Source: Limnochordia bacterium (GTDB lineage Bacteria; Bacillota; Limnochordia; DTU080). From it: a stretch of 64,000 bases of DNA. The notes below the pieces were generated by a model. That model was not told where the DNA came from. It worked only from the letters and a program-made list of their open reading frames with translations, and made no database searches. The stretch spans positions 192,247-256,246 of the forward strand of contig JBMNJG010000011.1 of NCBI GenBank assembly GCA_050951545.1. The letters run 5' to 3'. Each line of letters begins with the position of its first letter. Position 1 is the stretch's first letter. A program made the translations under genes and the position numbers. Below are positions 37,862 through 47,415 of the stretch, piece by piece.

Positions 37862-38012
37862 TTTGGCTCTTATCGAGAGAGGTGGAGGGACAGGCCCGAT
37901 GAAACCCGGCAACCAGCCTGTTGGCCAGGTGCCAATTCCTTCAGGAGTGGCGATGCCGTCCTGGAAGATAAGAGAGTGGATCTCAATCTCTTCCAGCGGG
38001 GAGATTTTTTTC
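37862..38012 (+). promoter_or_regulatory. SAM-I (S-box) riboswitch with downstream intrinsic terminator, 5' leader of metK
   Basis: CTCTTATCGAGAGAGGTGGAGGGACAGGCCCGATGAAACCCGGCAACC ... GGTGCCAATTCC ... GAAGATAAGAGAG matches the S-box consensus, including the P1 closing CTCTTATC/GATAAGAG. Followed by hairpin AATCTC-ttccagcgg-GAGATT and TTTTTTT. Confidence 0.85.
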
Positions 38013-38058
38013 GTTTCACAGGTGTTTGGCGTACACCATCAGGAGGAGAGAAGTTCCC

Positions 38059-39270
38059 ATGGGCATGAGGCGGTTTCTGTTTACCTCTGAGTCGGTAACC
38101 GAGGGACACCCCGACAAGATCTGCGATCAGATCTCGGACAGTGTGCTTGACAGCATTTTAGCCCGAGACCCTCAAGCGCGTGTGGCCTGTGAGACAGCGG
38201 TCACCACAGGACTGGTGCTGGTTATGGGGGAGATCACCACTACGGCGCATGTGGATGTAGCGCATGTGGTGCGCCAGAGGATCGCTGACATTGGCTACAC
38301 CGATGCTCACTATGGTTTTGATGCCGCAACATGCGGTGTGATGGTTGCCCTAAACGAGCAGTCGCCAGATATCGCCATGGGTGTTGACCGTTCTCTCGAG
38401 GTGCGTGATGGAGCAGGCACCGATCGGTATGAGCAAGTGGGCGCTGGAGATCAGGGTTTGGTCTTTGGCTACGCTACTCGGGAGACGCCGGAGTTGATGC
38501 CTCTGCCCATATCTCTGGCTCATGGTCTAGCCCGTCGCCTCGCTCAGGTACGCAAAAGCGGCGAACTGAGCTATCTGCGGCCAGATGGAAAGACCCAGGT
38601 TACGGTAGAATACCTTGATTACACCCCTGTGCGAGTGAGCGCTATCGTGGTTTCGACCCAGCATGATCCTGATGTCGACCAGGTCACCATTGCTAGAGAT
38701 GTGGTGGACAGGGTGATCCGACCAGTCGTGCCGGAGCATCTGTTGGACAAGCAGACCCGCTTTTTGGTCAATCCTACCGGTCGTTTTGTCGTTGGGGGTC
38801 CCATGGGCGATGCTGGTGTGACGGGGCGGAAGATCATTGTCGACACGTACGGTGGAAGTGGCAGGCATGGTGGAGGTGCTTTGTCGGGTAAGGATCCCAC
38901 GAAGGTGGATCGATCCGGAGCCTATGCAGCCAGGCATGCTGCCAAAAACGTCGTGGCTGCAGGCCTCGCCTCGCGTTGTGAGCTGCAAATCGCCTATGTT
39001 ATTGGCAGTTCGCGTCCCGTGTCATTGATGGTCGATACCTTTGGAACTGGCACTTTGGCCGATGAGGAGATCGCCAAGCTGGTGAAAGTCCACTTTGATA
39101 TGCGCCCGGCAGCGATCATTGACAGATTTCAGCTGCGTCGGCCTATCTACCAGCAGACGGCGGCCTACGGTCACTTTGGTCGTCCGGATCTCGACCTGCC
39201 TTGGGAAAGACTTGACGTGGCCGATGCGCTGCGTTCAGCAGCTGCCTATACTGAGGCGAGGAAGCGCTAA
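38059..39270 (+). CDS. metK: S-adenosylmethionine synthetase
   Basis: [55 protein letters not shown] 8 nt upstream. Confidence 0.95.
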   Translation: MGMRRFLFTSESVTEGHPDKICDQISDSVLDSILARDPQARVACETAVTTGLVLVMGEITTTAHVDVAHVVRQRIADIGYTDAHYGFDAATCGVMVALNEQSPDIAMGVDRSLEVRDGAGTDRYEQVGAGDQGLVFGYATRETPELMPLPISLAHGLARRLAQVRKSGELSYLRPDGKTQVTVEYLDYTPVRVSAIVVSTQHDPDVDQVTIARDVVDRVIRPVVPEHLLDKQTRFLVNPTGRFVVGGPMGDAGVTGRKIIVDTYGGSGRHGGGALSGKDPTKVDRSGAYAARHAAKNVVAAGLASRCELQIAYVIGSSRPVSLMVDTFGTGTLADEEIAKLVKVHFDMRPAAIIDRFQLRRPIYQQTAAYGHFGRPDLDLPWERLDVADALRSAAAYTEARKR

Positions 39271-39291
39271 ATGAGCCATTGGTCATGATGC

Positions 39292-39326
39292 GGGCAGCCT
39301 GGTGTTTCTGGGCTGCTCTTTTTCTC
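39292..39326 (+). terminator. Rho-independent terminator after metK
   Basis: GGGCAGCC-tggtgtttct-GGCTGCTC followed by TTTTTCTC. Confidence 0.5.
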
Positions 39327-39535
39327 ACGCCGTGGGATAGTATGCATATCGCCGAATCCTGGCCGCATGAGAGTTGAAAAGGCTACAACCAGCTGCCTAT
39401 AGGCCAGAGCGGCACAGGCTGGTACGGCCCTGCCTGACAGAAAGAAGGAATGAAAGCTGGGGGATAGAAGAACTACCGTGCCTATAGATAACGTCAGGCG
39501 TTATCGTCGATATCACAGGGAGGCGGGGGTCTAGT

Positions 39536-40123
39536 ATGGAGAGCGTAAGGCAAGGCGCAGGGGTGGTCGAGCGGGGTAGGCAGCATAGGGCTATTTCCGT
39601 CATCTGGTTGGCCATGGCACTTGTGGTGGGAGGCAGTTGGACGGTGTGGGCCGCAACCACCCAGACGAACTCCACATCATTGACACTCAACATTGGCGAG
39701 GCCATCGAGGTGGTGAGCTGGCCTGATGCTTCTCTGAACCTGGACAGCTCGGCTGTGCCCGGGGAGGAAGTGGTTTCTGGTCCGCTGCGTTTCACGGTCA
39801 AGTGTAACAGCGAATGGGGCATCGAGGTGAAATCCGATGAGCCTACGGGTAAGCTGCAGGAATTCGACCCTGGTACCAGCGCGTATGTGACAGACGGGAA
39901 GATAAGCCAGAATGCAGTCGAGTGGGGCTCAACGCCTAGCGGAGAGTGGGGCGTGCTGCAGGGGACTGGAGTGAACATAGCTACTAACCAGCCGCCAACA
40001 GGTGAATCCGGGAAGGCGATCACCTTTTTTCTGCGCTACTGTCCCGGGTTCAACGACATTCGCCTCACCGAGGGTCATGTGTACCGTACCGTGTTGACAT
40101 ATACCGCGACCGTGGGTTACTGA
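39536..40123 (+). CDS. Secreted beta-sandwich subunit-like protein (pilin/SCPU/WxL-like), 195 aa
   Basis: Signal peptide ending VWA. Beta-rich mature domain ending in amphipathic strand ...VYRTVLTYTATVGY. Homologous to the N-terminal domain of the giant protein two genes downstream. Confidence 0.5.
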   Translation: MESVRQGAGVVERGRQHRAISVIWLAMALVVGGSWTVWAATTQTNSTSLTLNIGEAIEVVSWPDASLNLDSSAVPGEEVVSGPLRFTVKCNSEWGIEVKSDEPTGKLQEFDPGTSAYVTDGKISQNAVEWGSTPSGEWGVLQGTGVNIATNQPPTGESGKAITFFLRYCPGFNDIRLTEGHVYRTVLTYTATVGY

Positions 40124-40255
40124 GGTCTGGGGACTAGGGGGCAGCCACTCGTAGGGGTGCCCTTCCTGCGGGTGACTGTCTTCTAGGCGTCGAGGGCTGG
40201 GTAGAGCGTGCTCATGTCGAGAGCGCATCGCAGAGCGTGCGAAGGAGGTTATGCC

Positions 40256-41395
40256 ATGCGCCAGAGCAATCGGTTTCGTGTCTTTCTGCTGATGATGGTG
40301 GCACTGACGACATGCAGCCTACGTGGTGAAGCTGGAGTGATCATCGCCCCAGCTCGGCTGGAAGCTGTGGTGGGCCCCGAGGGCAGCACTCCGGGGTTGC
40401 GCATCCTCAACACAGGTTCGGAATCAGTGATGGTAAGCCTATCCCTAGTCGATGGAGGGCACGATCTTGAGGGGGTACCTGTGTTCGATGAGAGTCCAGC
40501 GGGTAGAGAGCGCTGGGCAGGGAGTGTCTTCCTGGAAAGGACCGAGGTGTTCTTGGGCCCGCAGGAGTCGGTGCCTATCAAGATACGCGCGATTCCTGAG
40601 CAGGGCAGAGGTTTGTATCCGGTGGTCATGGCTGAGATCCAGCCAACTGGGACTCGGCCTGCTGGTGTCGTTACCATGGCTCGGGTGGCGGTGCCAGTAC
40701 TGCTGACAAGCACACCAGGGAACACGGTAGTAAGAGCGTCGGAGCTGGAAATCAGGCAGGAGCGTGTAGGGGGCCCTGTGCTTCTCGAGGGGATCGTCCG
40801 AAACGAAGGCGAGGTCCATGTGCGCGCTGGAGCGCGGGTGGCGATTGAAGGACCTGACACTGTGGATGAACTCCTGCTAAAGCCAGTAACCGTGCTTCCG
40901 GGTGCTGCCCGTCGCGTACGCGGGGAGTGGCGGCCCGACTCGCTTCCGCCGGGCCAGTACAATGCGTGCCTGATTCCTCATTATCCCTATGAAGTTTCCG
41001 AGACCGCATGGACAACGGCTTCCGTATCTTTCAGCGTGTTAAGGCCCTACGAGGTGGCGTCTGCGAAGCCGTGCTTGGAGCAGTTCTCAGTGAGACGAAC
41101 ATCAGGTCCAAACCTGGCCATGAAGGCTTTGGTAGGCAATCGGGGCAATATCGCTGGACAGGCGCGTCTCGTGGTTGAAGTGACGGATGAAGCTGGCCAG
41201 GAGGTGGGTCACCGCGACTGGCAACTGGGCATTGTGGCCCCTGGAGTCGGTCGGGCAGTAGGCGGCGAGATTCCTTTGACAATGTCACGGCCAGGTGGGT
41301 GTTTGGTTACGGCGTTACTGTGGCACAATGGTCGGCAAGTGGCCGAAGAGACGCTCTCTCTTCGGCTAGATCCGGCGGCCCTGGCGGCTCGGTAA
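40256..41395 (+). CDS. Secreted protein with three tandem Ig-like (CARDB/DUF11- or chaperone-like) beta-sandwich repeats
   Basis: RBS GAAGGAGG; signal peptide. Repeats carry an hxhxNxGxxxhxh signature (LRILNTGSESVMVSLSL; LEGIVRNEGEVHVRAGARV; MKALVGNRGNIAGQARLVV). Confidence 0.5.
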   Translation: MRQSNRFRVFLLMMVALTTCSLRGEAGVIIAPARLEAVVGPEGSTPGLRILNTGSESVMVSLSLVDGGHDLEGVPVFDESPAGRERWAGSVFLERTEVFLGPQESVPIKIRAIPEQGRGLYPVVMAEIQPTGTRPAGVVTMARVAVPVLLTSTPGNTVVRASELEIRQERVGGPVLLEGIVRNEGEVHVRAGARVAIEGPDTVDELLLKPVTVLPGAARRVRGEWRPDSLPPGQYNACLIPHYPYEVSETAWTTASVSFSVLRPYEVASAKPCLEQFSVRRTSGPNLAMKALVGNRGNIAGQARLVVEVTDEAGQEVGHRDWQLGIVAPGVGRAVGGEIPLTMSRPGGCLVTALLWHNGRQVAEETLSLRLDPAALAAR

Positions 41396-41400
41396 GGGAA

Positions 41401-44400
41401 ATGAACACAGGTTGTAGGGTTGATGTTACTCGCGCCTGGCATTGGATCACTTGCTGGGCCATGACAGGGTTACTGTTGGCTGTAGGTATGGCAGCCTATG
41501 GTGCTGGTATAGGTATGGAGGGTGGGCGGGTGGCTCTCGACCTCGGTCAGGTAGTACCGGGGCACCCAGTTATCTGGCCGGGATCCTCGCAACTGAGCGT
41601 CTTTGCCGACACGCCCTGGCATCTGTCAGTGCGGGCCGAGGCGGATCTTAGTGATAGGGAGGGACGCTGCATTCCAGCGGACCGCTTGTCCTGGTCACTC
41701 GCTGACGATGCGGGCACCTGGAGTGCATGGCATCCTCTAAAGCTGCAAGAGCAGCAGGTGCTGGCCGACAAGCTGCCGACTGGAAGTGAGGGGCGGCAAC
41801 TAGCTCTAGGGTATCGCTTCTGTGGCTCGTGGGATGATCCCTTGGGTGGGCCCTTCTCCACCACCATACAAGTTAGCCTAGTGGCAGGCATCGAACTGGT
41901 GCCAGCCTATGTGTGGCCTCAGCCCTATGTGGTTGGAGACGGGGCCCTTCGCATTACCTATTGGGCGGGAGGGGTGGCAGGAACCCCTTCATTTCCAACC
42001 TGCCTGTTGATCAGGGACGCTCAAGGATTGCTGGTGGCGGAAATCAAAGGTAGCGCTACGCCGGAAACTTGGGTCTCTACCGAATGGTCAGGCCAGGCGA
42101 GTGATGGGCGAGCGGTTGCACCCGGGAGCTATGCCTACGCCGTGGTTGACGAGCGCGGGACGCCTTTGGCGCAGGGGTTACTGCAGGTCGTCGACTCCCT
42201 GGCCACAGGAATTCACGGTGAAGTCAGCGGCGAAGTATGGGCCGATGGGCAGCAAGTGGCAGGTGCTACAGTCATGTTACTCACTGGGGCTCGTCGGCTG
42301 ATAGGCAGCACGGTCACTGACAGCGCTGGCGAGTTCGTCTTCGATGGTCTAGAGGCGGGAACCTATGTCCTCGAAGTCAGTTATCCAGGTTACTTGCCAT
42401 GGACTGGAGAGTTGTTTAGGCTGGATACTACCAAACCTCGTCATCAAGAGGCCGTCTATCTGGAAGCTAACAACGCTCTTTTCGTCGTGGCTTCGGCCCA
42501 TGCACTACGCGGCGAAACGGAGCCCACAGCACAGGACCCCCACAGGTTGGTTCCAGGCGAAGTGGTGCAGGTGCGGGGTCACGTATACAACAGCGGCACG
42601 CGGCACTTGCGGAATGTCGTGGTAAAGACGCACTGGCCAGGTTCCCTGCAGCCCTTGTCCGGAGATGGGGTTTCAGTTAGCCTGCTTCGCATACCTGAGC
42701 TGGCACCCGGTCAGAGCGTTAGCCTGCGTTTCGCCGCAGTCTGTGGCTGGGCTGCTACAGGTGCTTCCACAGACATCCAGACAATCGTGGTGCAGGCCCA
42801 GGCTTGGGCCGTGAGGGGCACCAATGACGATCTCGAGTTAGTGCAATCGCCGCCTCGCTGCCTTCCTGTTTCTGTTCGCAGTGACGAGTCGACGCCTGGC
42901 GGTTTCTTGGCCTTCTTTGCGTTTTGGGATAGCGACGGCAATGGCAGATTCTCGCCACAGGAGGCCCCCGCAGCAGGTGTGCGTCTACGCGTAGGCAAAG
43001 AGTTACCTACTACTACAGATCAAGACGGATGGCTTGTCCAGAGGGTTGTACCAGGGCCTGTAGCTGTCTACCAGCCTCGGGACGCAGAGGGAGCTTCAGA
43101 GCATCCGGTACTAGCGGCCACGGTGCGCTCAGGTGAGGTGCTGGTGTTTCAGCTTGCTCTGGCTTCCGATGGGATGATTAGCCTGGCGGATGGTCAGGCT
43201 AGTCAGGCGGTATTCGGCTGGAATCATTGGCAAGGCGGCCCGTCGTGGCAGGGAGCAGGCGATCTAGTTGTTGCCCAGGAGGATTGGTCGTGGAGATGGT
43301 CTTTGCCCACACGTGTGGAAGTGGTTCGCCATGGCGACCAAGATCAAGGTTTGTCGGAGCAACGCTGGTTGGTAGATGCTTCGATCTCTCGTCCACTGCT
43401 GGCCTGGAGCTATAGTATTGGTGGAGAGCCCGCACCCGGTGGGCGTTCCGACCGCCTGTCTTTCTCTAGCGCTCTGGGCCGACAGCCTGCGGTGTTTCGC
43501 AAGGAGTGGCCTGCTGAGGGCACAGGGCCATACCAGATTGGTGTGCCAGTCCACGCAGTTCACGATGTGAAGATCACACACGGAACACAGGTGGTGAAAT
43601 TGGGCGAGGCTGAGTACACCTGGGGTCCTGGGGGACAGCTCTGGCTAGCTCGGCCTCCACAAGCTTTGGTGGGGTACAAGCTGGAGGGGCCAGTGCTGAT
43701 TGCGGCGGATTATGTCCCAGGCGACGCACAGGGTGAAGTGCTTGGGGTGCCGATTCTGGGGATCGTCGCCCGCGGCAGACCGCGATGTGAAGGGCCGGGC
43801 TCTGAGCTTGTGGAGGAGTTTGGGCTGAACTGGAAGTTGCCTGATCCCTCTGCGGAGGGGCGACATCCTCTATGGCGGGTGAGTTGGGAGCGCCGACTAC
43901 CAGATTGCCGCTTCTACTGGGAAGGAGGGAGTCTCGCCTCTCCGGGCGGGGATCCTGTAGGTGAGTTGATCGAGGCATTCGATTCGCCGAGGTTGCAGCC
44001 GCTACCTATGGCAGATTCCGAGTCAGTATGGCCCCCCTATGCGCGAGTTGAGCAGCAACAGCAAAGAGGTGCCTGGTTGGTGAGCACTCAGCACGAACGA
44101 CGAAGCTTGCAGCGGAGGCAACAGGTGACGCTGAGTCGAAAGCTATCCACGGCTGTGATGGGCAGACTAGGCCTTCAGCTGACCCGGTGGGCGGAGCCGT
44201 CGGTAGGCGACGGGGGTCAAGCAAGTCTCGTGATGCAGGTGGGTCAACGCAGAGGTGACTGGCAGTGGTGCCTCAATCAGAGAGTGACGTTGCTGGAAGC
44301 GGGTTCATGCTTGCCCGAAGATGAAGCATACGATGAGAGATTCGGCGTGGATGGTGGATCACTGACGCTGAGCTATATGAATAGCACGGTGATTCGTCCA

Positions 44401-45123
44401 CAGCTAGGTCTGCATGTGGATACGCGCAGCGGCAAGGCTAGGGCTGAGTTCGATCAGGTGATGAGTCTAGGATCTGCGGTGCAAGCTAGCGTAGGTGGTA
44501 TAACTCATCAAGGGGGGGTGGCTCCCCGCGCTCGACTCAAGTGGCGGCGGGTGGATGTAGGGCTACGGACACTGCCTCAGGAACACGACCCGGGTATTCA
44601 AGTGGATGTAGCGACTGAGGGTCGTCGCTGGACTGCGACATGGCGCGGCGTCTACGCACTGCCGCGCATGGTCCAGCAACTGCAGTTGTGCTATACCAAG
44701 TCACTTGGGGTAGGGAGTCTGCTGAGTGCGGTCCTGCGGAGCAAGGCTGCGCAACCTGAGGGAACCCTGCTGTGGGAAGCCGATGCTGCCTGGAGCGGCG
44801 AGGTGGTGAGGCTGGGGGTTCCCTGGCAAGCGAGTCTGCAACTGCAGTGTTCATACAGCAGTTTGGGCTCTGAGGAGGCTTGGGCAAGCTACGCAGCGGC
44901 CGGTGGTAGCCTACGGCGCCTACTGAACGAGAGAACAGCCGTTGCTATCGGAGGCACGTGGCCTTATTTGGTTACCCACCACAAGGTTGAGCGAAAGAAA
45001 GAGTGTTGGGCAGCCTTCGAGCGGCGGTTGGGGGTATGGGATTCCCAGGCCCTATGGGGTTCGTTGGAACTACGTTGTGGCGGAGGCCAGGTCCGTCCGG
45101 GCATCCATTTTGCCCTACGCTAG
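41401..45123 (+). CDS. Giant secreted/outer-membrane multidomain protein (about 1240 aa): subunit-like N-domain, CarboxypepD_reg-like domain, further beta-sandwiches, C-terminal beta-barrel-like region
   Basis: Signal peptide. N-domain paralogous to the 195-aa protein (PTGSEGRQLALGYRF vs PTGESGKAITFFLRY). GEVSGEVWADGQQVAGATVMLL...DSAGEFVFDGLEAGTYVLEVSYPGYLPW is a carboxypeptidase-regulatory-like fold. C-terminal 350 aa has alternating-hydrophobic strands. Confidence 0.55.
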   Translation: MNTGCRVDVTRAWHWITCWAMTGLLLAVGMAAYGAGIGMEGGRVALDLGQVVPGHPVIWPGSSQLSVFADTPWHLSVRAEADLSDREGRCIPADRLSWSLADDAGTWSAWHPLKLQEQQVLADKLPTGSEGRQLALGYRFCGSWDDPLGGPFSTTIQVSLVAGIELVPAYVWPQPYVVGDGALRITYWAGGVAGTPSFPTCLLIRDAQGLLVAEIKGSATPETWVSTEWSGQASDGRAVAPGSYAYAVVDERGTPLAQGLLQVVDSLATGIHGEVSGEVWADGQQVAGATVMLLTGARRLIGSTVTDSAGEFVFDGLEAGTYVLEVSYPGYLPWTGELFRLDTTKPRHQEAVYLEANNALFVVASAHALRGETEPTAQDPHRLVPGEVVQVRGHVYNSGTRHLRNVVVKTHWPGSLQPLSGDGVSVSLLRIPELAPGQSVSLRFAAVCGWAATGASTDIQTIVVQAQAWAVRGTNDDLELVQSPPRCLPVSVRSDESTPGGFLAFFAFWDSDGNGRFSPQEAPAAGVRLRVGKELPTTTDQDGWLVQRVVPGPVAVYQPRDAEGASEHPVLAATVRSGEVLVFQLALASDGMISLADGQASQAVFGWNHWQGGPSWQGAGDLVVAQEDWSWRWSLPTRVEVVRHGDQDQGLSEQRWLVDASISRPLLAWSYSIGGEPAPGGRSDRLSFSSALGRQPAVFRKEWPAEGTGPYQIGVPVHAVHDVKITHGTQVVKLGEAEYTWGPGGQLWLARPPQALVGYKLEGPVLIAADYVPGDAQGEVLGVPILGIVARGRPRCEGPGSELVEEFGLNWKLPDPSAEGRHPLWRVSWERRLPDCRFYWEGGSLASPGGDPVGELIEAFDSPRLQPLPMADSESVWPPYARVEQQQQRGAWLVSTQHERRSLQRRQQVTLSRKLSTAVMGRLGLQLTRWAEPSVGDGGQASLVMQVGQRRGDWQWCLNQRVTLLEAGSCLPEDEAYDERFGVDGGSLTLSYMNSTVIRPQLGLHVDTRSGKARAEFDQVMSLGSAVQASVGGITHQGGVAPRARLKWRRVDVGLRTLPQEHDPGIQVDVATEGRRWTATWRGVYALPRMVQQLQLCYTKSLGVGSLLSAVLRSKAAQPEGTLLWEADAAWSGEVVRLGVPWQASLQLQCSYSSLGSEEAWASYAAAGGSLRRLLNERTAVAIGGTWPYLVTHHKVERKKECWAAFERRLGVWDSQALWGSLELRCGGGQVRPGIHFALR

Positions 45124-45208
45124 CACGTACTGTTTGTTGTCAGGCAAAGGGGTTAGCGAGATACTGGGGAATTCCATGCAGTGATAACCAACTCTTAGAG
45201 CGGGGTGT

Positions 45209-46168
45209 ATGGTTTTGTCTCAGATACGGTTAGGTGTAGTAGGCCTGGGTTCGATGGGACGTCGCCACCTCGAAACGCTTGCTCGCCTTCAAGTGGGGAA
45301 GCTCTCGGCGGTCGCCACCCGGAGTGCAGATAAACGGGCTGCTGCAAGTGTCGAGTTCGGAGTAGCAGCTGTAGCAGACTATCGCGAACTGGATGAGCAA
45401 GTGGATGCAGTCGTAGTAAGCGTGCCTACTGTACTGCACGCTGAGGTCGCCACCTTCTTCTTAGAGCGTGGCGTGCACGTGTTGGTAGAAAAGCCTATAG
45501 CCGCGACCCTCGATGAGGCAAGGGAGCTTATCGACACGGCAAAGCGATCGGGTGCCCTATTGATGGTGGGACATATCGAGCGTTTCAACCCTGCTTACCT
45601 GTGTTTACAGGAGTTATTGCAGGCGCGTGGGGGTATCCAGGCCCTTACTGGCAACGTGGTGATCCAGGCTTTCCGCATGGGGCCCTTTGACGGGCGAATC
45701 CAGGACGTAGGTGTCGAGCATGATCTCATGATCCACGATGTCGACGCTATCAGTGGGTTGCTGCCCGGTGCCCAACTTGAGTTGCGTAGTGCTCTTGGGA
45801 TGCGGGTTATCACATCCCAGACCGACGTAGCTCTCGCTCAGCTAGACGCGGACTTTCGAGGCCGAAGCGGGCCCAAGGTAAAGGCTCAGATTTTGGCCAG
45901 CCGAGTGGCTGACGCCAAACGGCGTAGTTTGCGTATAGAGCATCCACGACTGCGAGTTGACCTAGACTTCATGAACCAGACGCTTCACGTATCGGAGCGG
46001 GATGGTGATCTGCAACCCATCGAAGTGCAGAAAGCCTTTCCCCTGGACGCCGAACTGCGCCACTTCGTCGATTGTGTAAGAAGGCGAGCTGTGCCTTCCG
46101 TCGATGGCCATGACGGTCTGCGTGCTCTGGAGATCTGCACGGCCATTCACGGCCGTGTGCTCATATGA
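45209..46168 (+). CDS. Gfo/Idh/MocA family oxidoreductase
   Basis: RLGVVGLGSMGRRHLE; EKPIA; C-terminal dimerisation domain. Confidence 0.8.
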   Translation: MVLSQIRLGVVGLGSMGRRHLETLARLQVGKLSAVATRSADKRAAASVEFGVAAVADYRELDEQVDAVVVSVPTVLHAEVATFFLERGVHVLVEKPIAATLDEARELIDTAKRSGALLMVGHIERFNPAYLCLQELLQARGGIQALTGNVVIQAFRMGPFDGRIQDVGVEHDLMIHDVDAISGLLPGAQLELRSALGMRVITSQTDVALAQLDADFRGRSGPKVKAQILASRVADAKRRSLRIEHPRLRVDLDFMNQTLHVSERDGDLQPIEVQKAFPLDAELRHFVDCVRRRAVPSVDGHDGLRALEICTAIHGRVLI

Positions 46169-46180
46169 GAGGAGATACTC

Positions 46181-46966
46181 ATGCAGCGACAAGCGGAGAT
46201 AGGGGTCTTTGGAGGCTCAGGCTTCTATGAGCTCGGCACGGATGTAGATGAGTTGTGGGTAGAGACGCCTTACGGGGCTCCCAGTGATCGAATCGCTCTT
46301 ACCACGATAGCTGGTCGTCGGGTGGCGTTTCTGCCGCGTCATGGCAAAGACCACCGCTTCCCCCCAAGCAAGATCAACTACCGGGCTAACCTGTGGGCGA
46401 TGCATTCGCTCGGAGTGACGCGCATCATCGGACCCTGTGCTGCAGGGAGTTTGCAGAAGCAGATAGCACCTGGTGATTTTGTGGTCGTGGATCAGTTTGT
46501 TAACCGCACGTGGGGCAGGCAAGATACGTTTTTTGAAGGGCCCATTACCAAGCACATCAGTGCTGCAGATCCTTACTGTCCTGAGTTGCGTCGTCTAGCC
46601 AGGGCTGCTTGCCAAGCGGAGGGCATAACGGTCCATGAGAAAGGTACGGTGGTAGTGATACAAGGCCCGCGCTTTTCTACTCGGGCTGAAAGCCGGGAGT
46701 TTCAGAGTCACGGCTGGGAAGTCGTGAATATGACACAGTATCCGGAGGGGCATCTCGCGCGTGAGCTCGAAATCTGCTATGTGAATATCGCTCTGATAAC
46801 CGACTACGATGCCGGCCTGGAGGACGATCCAACCGTAAAACCGGTAAGCCACGAAGAGGTGTTGCGTGTCTTCTCGCAAAATAACGAGAAGCTGAGAAAT
46901 GTGCTACTAAGGCTCATCGAGTCCATTCCATTCGAGCGCTCGGCGTGTTGCTGTGCAGAGAGTTAG
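46181..46966 (+). CDS. mtnP: S-methyl-5'-thioadenosine phosphorylase (PNP family 2)
   Basis: IGVFGGSGFY, PRHGKDHRFPPSKINYRANLWAMHSLGV, NMTQYPE. RBS GAGAGGAG. Confidence 0.85.
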   Translation: MQRQAEIGVFGGSGFYELGTDVDELWVETPYGAPSDRIALTTIAGRRVAFLPRHGKDHRFPPSKINYRANLWAMHSLGVTRIIGPCAAGSLQKQIAPGDFVVVDQFVNRTWGRQDTFFEGPITKHISAADPYCPELRRLARAACQAEGITVHEKGTVVVIQGPRFSTRAESREFQSHGWEVVNMTQYPEGHLARELEICYVNIALITDYDAGLEDDPTVKPVSHEEVLRVFSQNNEKLRNVLLRLIESIPFERSACCCAES

Positions 46967-47013
46967 GCAGTGCTCAAGCTTGGAGCTGTCAGTGCGCGAT
47001 GGGGTGTGAGTGT

Positions 47014-47415
47014 ATGCCACGTTCATTTTGGCAGTCATGGCGAGCAAGGATTGCTCTAGTCCTTCCCTTGCTCTACATGGGAGTCATCTTCTACCTGTCG
47101 GCGCAACAGAGTCTCTCTCTACCTATTCGAGTGTGGGACAAGTCTCTTCACGCTGTGGAGTACTTTGCATTGTCGTTCCTCCTGTTTGGCTCTTTCTTCT
47201 ACGGCCTGGAGCAGTCTGCTCGGCGCTCAGCTTACTTCGCTATCGCTGTTTGTCTCCTGTATGGGCTGATCGATGAGCTCCATCAAGCCTTTGTGCCAAG
47301 ACGTGACTGTTCCGCACTTGACTTTCTGGCAGACGCTGTTGGGGCAATAGCCGCCCAGGTGGTCATCGCGCTAGGGCGAGCGTTGTGGGCGCGGGGACGC
47401 AGGCGGTACCCATGA
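47014..47415 (+). CDS. VanZ-like family membrane protein
   Basis: Four TM helices; LHAVEYFALSFLL ... DELHQAFVPRRDCSALDFLADAVG. Confidence 0.7.
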   Translation: MPRSFWQSWRARIALVLPLLYMGVIFYLSAQQSLSLPIRVWDKSLHAVEYFALSFLLFGSFFYGLEQSARRSAYFAIAVCLLYGLIDELHQAFVPRRDCSALDFLADAVGAIAAQVVIALGRALWARGRRRYP

